Below are positions 11,446 through 22,230 of a stretch of DNA of 64,000 nt, piece after piece. This DNA comes from Botryllus schlosseri (Eukaryota), in the NCBI GenBank assembly GCA_051294905.1, contig CM119371.1:7194001-7258000 (forward strand). Direction: 5' to 3'. Numbering within the stretch: position 1 is the stretch's first letter; every line of letters begins with the position of its first letter. The position numbers and the translations under genes were made by a program. The notes under the pieces are model-generated. The model was not told the origin of the DNA. It made no database searches and was given only the letters and a program-made list of their open reading frames with translations.

Positions 11446-12688
11446 CAGGGGTGGGCAAACTTTTGGGCTCGCGGGCCGCATTCAACTTCTAAATCCATTC
11501 GCGGGCCGCACTATTAAATTAAGATTGTTAGCGAAAAGGCAATATTATTAATTAATCACATAGCAGTGGCTACAAAACTTTATTAGACACGCCATCCTTT
11601 ATGATAGTGAAAAATATCACGCGCCCTTTTATGGTGATATCATAAAATATCCAAGAGAGAAATCAAAATGCTAGCAATCCCAACGGATAGTGAGATGGCA
11701 TTTAATAACCATGAACCGGAGGCAAATGGCGCGGAGCGCGAAAAATTTTCAGTTTACTGCGGCCTCGTGCCTCCTTTCAGATGGTTCCATGCCCCCAGTT
11801 TGAGAACCACTGTCATATAGTGAACGGAGAAATATGGAGATAACATATAAGTGGACCAGTTTGTAAAGCACACCACTCGTGGACCGAGCACTCAACATCA
11901 AAATCGATGCGCCTGCCACACTATGTAAAATTGGGATTATAAACCAAAACGCAATATTGGTATTTGATTATAATTATAGTGAAGATCTGGAAATTATATA
12001 TATTTTTATTTAAAACAAACCAACCATTGATTTGAGGATATGGTACAAGCGTCAAAAACATTGGCGAGATGTCATAAGCTGCTGTTGGTCAACCTCAAAA
12101 TAAAACTTTTCAAAATTAGGGATGAAAGTCGGTTGTCCCGATTCTTAGAATAGGATGGAGATTTGAATCTGTGAGCAGCGATCTCTATAGATTCGCTGAT
12201 TCTACTTTTGGTTCCACCCCAGGACACACAGTGTGGACAGCGTCATAACCATGTTAGCTTCAAATATGCTATATATAGATTTTATAAATATAAATACTTC
12301 TGCACATACAGAGAGCGAATCTACGTATCACACGCGCGAATCGGTTTTTTCAAGTAACACTCAAGAGTGGCGAATGTAAAATTACATCGTGATCCAATAG
12401 TCATTCCCATTTTAACTTTATGGGATGTTTAGCAATAAAAATATTTTAAAATGCGGGGGCCTGCACTATCGCACCAGCAATGAAATAAAAATATACTAGT
12501 CAGAATATAACTTACAATTATGATGGTGAAATATAATGAGAAAAAGTTTAATGGAGTCCCTGCAGAAAGTAGATTTTTACTGCGCATTTTTTCAATATTT
12601 TAAATGTGATTTTTGAGCCTTTCGCGGGCCGCACAAAACGGTGTCGCGGGCCGCATGCGGCCCGCGGGCCGTAGTTTGCCCACCCCTG
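11446..12688. mobile_element. Charlie-type hAT MITE
   Basis: TIR caggggtgggcaaact; gcgggccgca motifs; perfect TSD ctctacct at 11438-11445 and 12689-12696. Confidence 0.93.
11564..11812. mobile_element. Small Charlie-type hAT MITE
   Basis: cagtggctacaaaact..agtttgagaaccactg; TSD tcacatag/tcatatag; same family at 63317-63633. Confidence 0.8.
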
Positions 12689-14724
12689 CTCTACCTGTAT
12701 TGAATCGGTGTCTTGTGTTCAAAAAAATTCTCGATTTTTTTATTATGATTTTTTAATTACTTTAACTTTGAGAATCATCGCTGATCCCATGTTATATAAG
12801 ACAAACCGTACCGACATTCACCTAGGTATCACTCTGCAATAAGTATCACGTCCATACTATGTCTGAGATGCGCGAAATAGTCTAGTAGGCTGTCACTCAA
12901 GTATCAACCATGTCACTCAGGTATCAGCTCTCTCACTCAATTATCAACTTTATCATCCAGGTTTCTCTCTGCATAAAAAGTATCATGCCAAGACTACGTT
13001 TGGGATGCAATATAGTCAGGTATCGGAACACAATGGTATCATACCCTACAGTGATTATGCAAACACGCAATGTCAGACGTAAACTAGATCCTCATCATCA
13101 TTGGTTTATTAGCATTATCAGGACGCATTATAGCCAGGGCCGTAATAGCACTTCGTCAGCCCCCCCCCCCCCAAAAAAAAACTTTGGTCTTGGGCCCCCT
13201 ATAGGATGATAAACCGACCCCCCTCGTGCTATACGCTGTACTTCAGCTGATATATGAGTGATACAGCTGCGATACAACTGATACAGCTGATGCAGCTTTA
13301 TATCCACAGGATGATGCAGCTGATACAGCTTTATATCCACAGGTTGATACAGCTGATACAGCTTTATATCCACAGGGTGATACAGCTGGTACTGCTGGTA
13401 CTGCTGATACAGCTGATACAGCTTCATATCCACAGGGCCGGCGTAGCCAGCCGAGAAAAAAAGGGGGAAGAACTGAATAAAGGGGGCAGAATAAACCTCT
13501 ATGCGCCATACCTTTGCGACTTGTGTATTCAGTACGCCATGGTGATAACCAGAGGATTGTCTGCATGCCGCTTTGGAAAGCGTAACTAATTGGGGAATCT
13601 AATTACTGAAAGCGAGTTAGCAATCAACAACTTGGGCGGGGATCATGTTACAAAGCACACGCGCTTGTCTTGTAGCAGTGCGGCCGATCTCATTTGCATT
13701 CAAATAAGTAATCGACCTTGAAACATACAAGAACATTTCACGGCTAACAGTCTATACAGCGCGGAATCTGTTATATTGTGATGAATTTTGACATGATTCA
13801 GTTCGCGTGTAAGAGACTAAGAGTAACGTCTGCTAGGTGTTTTAATTCTATTCATTTCGAACATAGCGGATATACTAATTGTACCAGTGTGTGAATAATG
13901 ACTTATTCACAAAGTGAGGGAATCGCGGAATAAGTTTCGGTGAGGCTATTCAAGGCTGAATGCGTCCCAGTGGGATACCCATCACGAATGGTGTAATCTA
14001 GTATGACGAATGGTCAATTTTAGAGATTTGAGGTCGTTAAGAGAGTGCACACTGCATATCAACGGCGTCACGAAATAAAATGCTAACCGAAGGTATTATT
14101 CCTTCAGGCTGTTGATTATATACCAACCCGCGAGCGCGCGACAAATGTAGCAATTGCAGACGCTTGTGCGACGTGCGTGCAGAACAAGGGGATAAGCTGA
14201 TTGATTACTCTCGCCGAGAAAACAATGTGACACTGCCCTTTCCACGCTTCCATATACGAGAGATCATACGCGAAAAAAGCATCGTCGCGTACTACAGTAC
14301 TCGCATCGTTCGATCGACGTCCCGCGCAGCAAATTGAAATTTGGTGATATCGGGCTCGATTAGGGATTTTATATGGGGGTAGAACGTTCTACAATTCTAC
14401 CCCCTGGCTACGCCCCTGGGTGGCAACGTCACGCAGGATTTTCTGTTGATTTGCTTAATTATTCTATACAGAAAAGCTCTAGTCACGCAGGATTTATTTC
14501 AAAAAATGGACCGAGATTCCATATAGGCACATGCACGGCGCACTCACAATCGCACATGTCTGCGGACATTTGATGTCATTCAGGTCAGCGATGTCGCTCT
14601 TTAATTACAATCGCTAACTAACAAACACCTAACGGCATTGTCACCAAGCCATCGAAAGATTGGAGCCAACGCATGCTAGGCTCGAGAGATGGGAGCCAAC
14701 GCATGCTCGGCTCTAGACGCGATA

Positions 14725-15916
14725 CACTTCAAAACATAAGAACACAAATTTGGTCTTATGGTCTGAAAGTGACTTTTTAGAAAAAGACTTAAAGACTGAT
14801 CGGTCTTAACAACGATTTTTCCTCTCAAAATTAAGACTGAAAATGCTCGAAAATAAGACCATTGTCGCCCACGCGAGCTGTGTCGGTATTCATGAAAGTG
14901 TTAGGTTCTGCATGAAGGATACCTGGATTTTCAATTTATTATATAACCTACCCATTGTATAACATTATCATTCTATATAACACTTACCAATGTGTATACA
15001 ATCCTCCAAACAATATATAGTGTAGTTTGAGTATATAATAGTATTTGTGGTGGGTGCGATGTGCCAACACCATTTTGTTAGTGAAAAGTGACAAGGTACA
15101 GTACTTTGAATTTTTGTTCTGGCGCAAATGCATCCTGTATTTGACTTATTTGAAGTGTGACATGTGACCAACGAGAAATGGACAAACATGGCACCACCAA
15201 ATACCTTTTGGCTCTCCGCTCTCACGTAACCACTAAATTGTATTTGCAATGACCTTTCATGGATCAAAATTGGTCAAAGAAAGCTAATTACGTCTTGTGC
15301 TCCGGGCTCATGACAATTTACCATTCTGATTTATAAGACTACGGACCATGATGTTTCTTGATTAGCAAAATTCGTCTTAAAAACAAGACCAGAAAAACTG
15401 TTGCATCATAAACCGTCTCAATAAGCTAGTTATGTCTTAGAGCTCCTGGCCCATGTCAACTTTCTGGTCTCATTTTTAAGACCACAAATCATGTCGTTTC
15501 TTGCTTAGCGAAATTTGTCTTGAAAACAATACAAAAAATACTGACACAGCAAAAACTGTCTCAATAAGCTAGTTATGTCTTAGAGCTCCTGGCCCATGTC
15601 AACTTTCCGGTCTCATTTTCAAGACCACAAATCATGTCGTTTCTTGATTAGCGAAATTTGTCTTAAAAACAAGACCAAAAATATTGACACAGCAAAAACT
15701 GTCGTAATAAGCACAACATGTCTTATAAGGTGCGTTTTATTGGTCTTATTTTCAAGACCAAATAATTGTGACAATAATATATGGTCTTAACAAGCTGAAT
15801 CAGTCTCAATTTTAAGACCTCAATTCATCAGTGAGACTAAAATTGCTGAAAATGAGACCAAATCATCCCCATTTCTTAAATTTGAGACCAAATTTGTTTA
15901 ATTTTTTTTTGTAGTG
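14725..15916. mobile_element. CACTA/EnSpm non-autonomous element
   Basis: cacttcaaaa..aaatttggtct versus agaccaaattt..ttttgtagtg; 2-bp TSD TA; many AAGAC/GTCTT subterminal repeats; internal tandem duplication of about 150 bp at 15405-15720. Confidence 0.8.
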
Positions 15917-16540
15917 TAGTTGTCCAGCGATGATATCTTTCGTACCAGGCCTGTTGCAGATTGTGTTGGCAAGCGCTAATATCGTGTGCGCCAAAGCAGA
16001 TGCGATAGTGCAGACAGCGATGGCACCGGGCCTACTGCTGATGTGATTGTTCATCATGCTCAAGCGAGTGAAACTAGGCTTGACGGAGACACGATAAAGC
16101 AGGCAAGCGTCCCAAGCAATGATTGCCGAGCGCACGGCAATCAATGACACAATTTCGCGATCATCTCAGCGGGAGATCGCGTCGCGTTACATTGTGCACA
16201 GACAAATCTCGTTAATTGGCAACGCGCTTGTAGCTAATTGGCCGCGCGCAACGGGTTACCTCGCTCACATCAGCGGTAGGAGGTAATGTCGTAAACGGAA
16301 ATACATTGCGATTCGTTCTAAATAACACAATCGGGGTTTATGCCGATTCATGCCAAACTGAATTCTAGGCATGCCGCATACCTAAAAAAATGTCTAGGTA
16401 TGCCTGGCATGCCTTGCATACCCAGGTTCGGCGCCTATGCAGGGCAGTGTTAGGATGACTCAAGTTTTTTGTATTACGTGACTTGACTCAAGTCACTTTG
16501 GTAAAATGACTTGTTAATTTCAAGTCATCAAGTAAAGTAA

Positions 16541-18576
16541 CAGTGTTGGGATCAAGTCACTGCCGTCGAGTCATCTCAAGTCATTGCAGATTTTGACTCG
16601 AGCCAAGTCAATCGATTTTCAAAGGTGACTCGAGTCAAGTCAAGACGCTAATTTTTTGGAGCTCACTCGAGTCAAGTGAAGTCACGATTCAAGTCAAATA
16701 TAATTTTCAAAGTAGGAGTGATGATTCAAAGTCATTACATTTTGCTAGCTGTGAGAAAGACATTATTTGATCATTTATCTTGAATCAAATAACAAATATC
16801 TATAGTTAGATATACATGCAAAAAGACGTTGTATCCCTCACGTACACGTAGAACTGCTAATCAAATACGTGAGTAACTGTACAGCTGCAGGATACAGTCA
16901 GTTATTACACTGGGCAATAATTTTGAATGGAAAATTTGTTGACTTTGATATAGGCTAATTTTGGCTTGCTGATTCCAAAAATGCCACTGTTTTTTATCAC
17001 GTCAACTTTTTGCCCTACGACATAGGCCCAAAATATGTAAATTTTCATCAATTTAGCCGTATTACTTTCCCATATCATATAAAAATCCACACTTTTACCA
17101 TATAATAAGTTATACAGTCAGGGGCTCAATTGAATTATGTAAGAAAAATGTACTGGTATCGATCTAGGCCGATGCTTTCACCCATCTTTGGTTAGAGGAT
17201 GCAATCAACCGATGATATATCACATAATATTTGATGCAAACTGTAGGCTCTTGCAAGAAAAATAAACATGACATCTAGGCTACTATCAGCTATGGGTCCA
17301 ATGCACCATTCAGCTTATCCAGCATAACCTCAAACTCCTATACGCTCGATAGTTTGGATCAAGATGGAGATATTACGGATAGCAGGCCTAATGATAAAGA
17401 TTTTGAAATCGAAGTTGATTCAGAACGTAAAGTAGTCCATCAACACAAGTTATTGATCTGACATAGGCTTTGGGACTTGGAATAGAAATTTCGGAACTTT
17501 TAACATCCTTACGACGTGAGAAAAGATTACTTGGCAAGGTGGAGAAGGTATCTGACTTTCGATCAGGAGAAATAGCCTTTTCTTCGTAGGCCTACTTTCG
17601 GTAGCTTTGTGCATTGCCGTGATACCGTTACCATGAATTACTGGAGGAGTTAGGAATCCTGATTTACAAGTCAGTCAATGGCAAATGCCTATAGGTAGCT
17701 CGAAAAGGATCCTAATGATTTCCCTAATAACTTTGACATAGTCGGAGATGGGCAGGGAGAAAATGTCCCTCGACATCTGAAGATGATTGGGGTAAGATAC
17801 CAGAGTAGATTGGAGCTTACATATGTTAGCAGACCAGTGTTCTCGAGTATCAAACTAGACAACCTGTATAAATATAGGTTATTAGCGTAAATTTGGACCC
17901 TAGAACTCGCACTTTAATTGTCATGTAGAAGCAATATCAGTTTAAATCAACCAAATAAAGCAGTGCAAATGTGTATTTGGAGTCTATTGATTCACTTTCG
18001 ACTGCTTGTGATTTTTGAAACGTTTTATACAATGAACACAAACTAATATAAATAGTGCTATCATGTGGTTTATGAGACAATGCGGTGGGTGCCTAACCCT
18101 AAAAATTGACGTAATAGAGAAAAACGGAAGTCAAGTCATTTTTAAATTCAGCACCCAAAATTTAGTCAAAATCAATTGTCTGATCAAAGTCAACAAGAAT
18201 AGTGTTGACCAGTGTTATCAGCCAAAATATAGGACCTTATACGAAGCTTCGAGAAATTGAAACAAATTGATATAGTTGAACAAATTGATATTTTTTTGTG
18301 ATTTAACAATGGAGGTTCAGTGTGACGTACAATCAGTGAATGACTGGTTGCTCTCACAAGTGACACTGACGTATCTCAAACAATCCGAACATACCCAAGA
18401 TACAGTGATTTATTCGACACCGTTTACTTGATGACTTGAAAGTGACTCGTAAATTTTCCTCCAAGTGCACAATACACACTTTTGAAGCTCCGAGTGAAGT
18501 CAAGTCGTCATTATTCCAAAGTGACTCGAGTCAAGTCAAGTCATACAAAAAAGATGACTCGAGTCATCCCAACACT
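16541..18576 (+). mobile_element. hAT MITE (CAGTGTTGGGAT family), inner copy in opposite orientation
   Basis: cagtgttgggat..atcccaacactg; TSD taaagtaa/tcgagtaa; colinear with 1865-2694. Confidence 0.82.
16908..18214 (+). mobile_element. Chapaev3 (CMC) internally deleted element with transposase remnants
   Basis: cactgggcaa..ttgaccagtg with 3-bp TSD TTA; decayed frames VIDLT*ALGL..SELLTS..EKRLL..FRSGE and DFPNNFDIVGDGQGE..RYQS..MLAD resemble Chapaev3 motifs DLVRDL..ELLGSRL and FPENLGAVSDEQGERFHQ..RYQG..MMADY. Confidence 0.8.
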
Positions 18577-18788
18577 GTCGAGTAATCGGTGCCGATAAGA
18601 ACCACTGCATCTTGCATAAGGCGGTCGGATTGTTCGCGAAACGCTGGTGTAACCCGTGAGGTGAGAGCGACCGATAATTCAATGACTCTGCGTTTTACTG
18701 AGCTTCCATTGTTCTCGCACCAATAAATTGACCGCAAACGAAGTGATCGCCACTTACAGCTTACGTTGTCTTAAACTAGTATAGTAAA

Positions 18789-19301
18789 ATTGGATAGTAT
18801 ATTCATATTGAAATGAACCCGAATATTTTTGGCTGAAACTCGTCAGGAGTAATCGTCAGCAACTAGTAGAGAGAATTGGAAAGAACATTGTATATCAACA
18901 ATCGCACAAATCGGATTATCGGCAAAAATCTGTTAGATAATCCTATTTGTGCGAATAATTATCGAAACGACCGATTTCGGATCGTTGGGCGGGGCCGTTC
19001 ACAATTCCATTTGTGTGCCTTGGAGTCGACCTTTATCAAAATACACCAACCAAAACTCTGTCATCAAAAGGAGTTCGTGTACCACCAAAAAATAGTACAT
19101 TGAACGCTCTCTCTTTCGAAATTTCATGCTGGTGACGTCATATTTTGTGATACGATTGTTGATATACAATGTTCTTTCCAATTCTCTACCACTTGCTGAC
19201 GATTACCCCTGACGAGTGTCAGCCGAAAATATTCGGGTTCATTTCAACATGAATATACTATTCAATTGTATATTGAAGTTCTGTACCTCCAAGAAGCTCT
19301 T
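18789..19301 (+). mobile_element. Penelope-like retroelement 3' fragment (GIY-YIG C-terminus) with inverted pseudo-LTR
   Basis: IGKNLLDNPICANNY..FRIVGRGRSQFHLCALESTFIKIHQPKLCHQKEFVY at about 18915-19103; 18790-18910 inverted against 19145-19265; 13-bp TSD ctagtatagtaaa at 18776-18788 and 19302-19314. Confidence 0.88.
19195..19239 (+). ncRNA. Minimal type I hammerhead ribozyme in the Penelope pseudo-LTR
   Basis: accc-CUGACGA-g(ugucagc)c-GAAA-auau-UC-gggu: both core boxes, helix I accc/gggu, palindromic helix III, UH cleavage site; upstream gcugac complementary to loop II. Confidence 0.78.
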
Positions 19302-21621
19302 CTAGTATAGTAAAGTAATTTAATAGCAAAATGTCTATTTCTGTTCTTTTCTGACCTTAACCAAACCTCTTGTTTTATTGAATTTGAATATAGTTTATAT
19401 AGTCCTCAACTATTGGCGCAGGCTCGAATTGTATCATATGAACATGTAAATGGGTATAGGGTGATGTATTGCATTTTATCAATTGGTTTCTCTATTCTCT
19501 ATTTTGGCTGGTAACTGTAAACTGAAGCTATATACAATTACTCACATAGTTTAGCAGTTCTACCTATATATGTGAGTGATACGGCGCCTTATTGTGTGTA
19601 TATCGAACTCTATATTCGTTCATCGGTTCAGAATCAATGGCCACTCAATATGTATTTCAGACAGCTAGCAAAATTCAATGACATAATCATGCCTCATACT
19701 TCAAAAAGGTAACTTGACTCGAATCAAAATGTGCAATAACTCGAAATCACTAGTGACTCGAAGTTAGTGACTTGAACCCAACACTGGTGCAGGGGCGGTC
19801 AACCCGTGGCCCGCGGGGTAATCCTCGAAATTAGTTACATTATCAGACCGTAATTTACCAAAACCAAATAACCAAAATCTGATCAGCTTGGTCACGAAAT
19901 TTGGGATTTTCCGACTAAAATATCAGATTCGACACATTGGCGTAGCCAGGGGTCAGCCACATTTTCCGTGGATGGTCGTTTATGATCATAGAGTACCGGC
20001 ACAATGTTTCGCGTAGTACTCAAAATCTTCGATATTTATAAGTTCAAGCGCCGAATAATCCTGACCAAATGAGCCCAGCAGTATATGCAGAGAGAGGCGT
20101 CCCGCAAAATCTTAATTTTCCATGTATAATGCGCAATATTTTATCAATTTTCTGATCTAAAATAGGGTTGTGGGTATTATACATGGGTACAACAAGCCTT
20201 GAAAAAAATCTATCCGATAAAATTTGAAATCACACCTTTCTTCATGTTTGTTTCCAATCGCGCATCACTTTCAGCCATTGTGCCCAGTAATTCGTATTAT
20301 CAGTGTAACTCGCTGCCGATTAACGAGAGTCGTCTGCATAGCACGCAACCTCCTGCTGTGTTGGTTTGCTGCATGTGCAATCCTCACTAATTCATCGCGT
20401 CAACGACAAGCGTGAACAATTTCATATACAACACCCCATGTGCGCAAGATGTAATCGTTGGCCTATCCACTACAGTCCCATCTACAACAGGCCTGGTGAT
20501 CACGACATAATCGTTGGCCTGAGCAATCGCATCTGTAATAGGCCTCGTGCGCAAGATGTCGTGGTTTAGTGTATTTCGACTTGACCTGTGGTGTTCTAGT
20601 GTATTTTTTATCAAAATTCTGCAAATCTGGTGTTTTTCCATGAAGAAATACATTCAACGGAATATTTTATTTTGATGTACTTTACATAATATATACTTTG
20701 ACGAATAATAATTATTATCCGTCCATACCGGCCCTGTGGATATACACAGGTATCACTCAGGCATCACTCTGGATCATGGGTGTCCTCAGGTTGTTCTGGT
20801 ACTGATGTATCATGCTTCGAGTGTTCTCGGGGTGTGTTTAAGCTTGTCTACTGATCAGGTATCACTCTGCATCAAGTTTCTTGAAAAAATCGCACCTTTG
20901 TATGCACACCCAAAAGAGACCATGAATTCTCTATGACAACATTGATGTTTCATTTCTCTAATTAATGGACAAGCGTAACATAATGCATTTCGGAATGGAG
21001 ATATAAAATTCTGTTCTTCTTCGCTCCTTCAACATTTTTTTTGTTCTTTTTGTCACCTTATAGGATAGGTAATGGATCCCACATAAACTTTCGCAGCTTC
21101 GGCTATAGCTGCGTACCAAGCGTCGGAAGTAACCACTCAGGCAGTGGTTCTCAACGGGTGTATGTAATTTGTCAATGTCCCCAATGTCGACGTGTATCTA
21201 TTTCGTCAATGACGACATCCCCGACAATGCTGCTCGGGGCCTAAACTATGGTTGTAATGACTCGAGTCAGGATTTTTCAATGCCCGCAATCAGAATATTC
21301 ACCCAGTAATTTGTCAATGTCGACGTGTATCTATTTTGCCTTGCTCTTTCCATTCCTTGTGATTGCATTACAATTAGAATAAAAGCTACACAATGTTTTC
21401 CAATTTTGATTCTAAGATGGAAAAACTGGAATAAATATTAGAAATATGATAAGAGCGCATAATATTCCAAGTTTACAAATCAGATTAGAATTCGTATTAC
21501 TGCATTAATGTACTTTGAGTAGCAGGTGCTTAGCCGGAAGTAAGATTTCACTATACGTTATAAATTTTCGTCTTTGATGTTTTTTCGGCATAACCGACTT
21601 ACGATATGCATAGAAACTACA

Positions 21622-22230
21622 TGTGTGGCGAGATAGCGTAGTTGTATAATCCACAGCTGCAACACCAATGGGTTGCGGACTCGAGTCCGACCGAGGTCGA
21701 CTCCAGAATTCCCACCCAAGTGTTGGAGGTTTATCTAGGCTCCTCCTCGCCATATAATCCGTGTAAGCGACTAAGCGGTGTCTTATAAATACCTAGAAGT
21801 GGGCCGTGCTACAAGTCGGCGGCTGCGGAATAAAAATGAAGAAAATTGGGTCGCCCGACATATGAGCATGCGGCACAATGGAAATCGACAGTTCAGCATG
21901 GAACACTTCAGCATGCGTCACTTCAGCATGTGACTGTATAACCCAAAAACTTACCCTAACCCGAAACATAGCCTAACCTAACCTAACCTAGCCTAACCTA
22001 ACCTAAAGCCTAACCCTAACCCAACCATAAATCCAACCCTAACCTACCCCTAACCCGTAATTTAACCCACATGCTCATGTGTCACATGCCAAATTACCGC
22101 ATGCCGAAGTCTCGCATGCTGTAATATCGCATGCTGATATGTCCACGGACCAGAAAATTGGCCTGGTGTTAATGACCAATTGACCACAGTAGTAAAAAAC
22201 TCGACATGAATACCACAAACAACAACATAG
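21622..22230 (+). mobile_element. tRNA-SINE (same family as 4515-4796), interrupted
   Basis: Colinear with 4515-4796 on both sides of the 21849-22151 insertion. Confidence 0.8.
21849..22151. mobile_element. MULE-like MITE with central (CCTAA/CCCTAA)n tract
   Basis: ggtcgcccgacatat..atatgtccacggacc; 9-bp TSD agaaaattg at 21840-21848 and 22152-22160; agcatg subterminal repeats. Confidence 0.8.

Larger units (their letters stand above)
11284..13439. mobile_element. Merlin- or MULE-like element with 33-bp tandem subterminal repeats
   Basis: TIR ggccctgtggatat; 9-bp TSD ggcgtagcc at 11275-11283 and 13440-13448; cctgtggatataaagctgtatcagctgtatcac arrays inverted at both ends. Confidence 0.85.
11271..14418. 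mobile_element. hAT non-autonomous element (CAGGGGCGTAGCCAG ends), outer shell of a nest
   Basis: TIR caggggcgtagcc..ggctacgcccctg; perfect TSD ggtggcaa at 11263-11270 and 14419-14426. Confidence 0.92.
16445..19786 (-). mobile_element. hAT MITE (CAGTGTTGGGAT family), outer copy
   Basis: cagtgttaggatgactc..aacccaacactg; TSD atgcaggg/gtgcaggg; interior is the reverse of 1865-2694. Confidence 0.8.

Noticed and set aside
11284..13589. Repeat-protein ORFs (DIKLYQLYHPV, IQLIQL, AVSAVS)
   Set aside because: Products of 33-bp and 9-bp subterminal repeats of a transposon bounded by TIRs and a TSD
21940..22065. Telomere or chromosome-fusion scar
   Set aside because: Short, degenerate and enclosed in a TIR element with a 9-bp TSD
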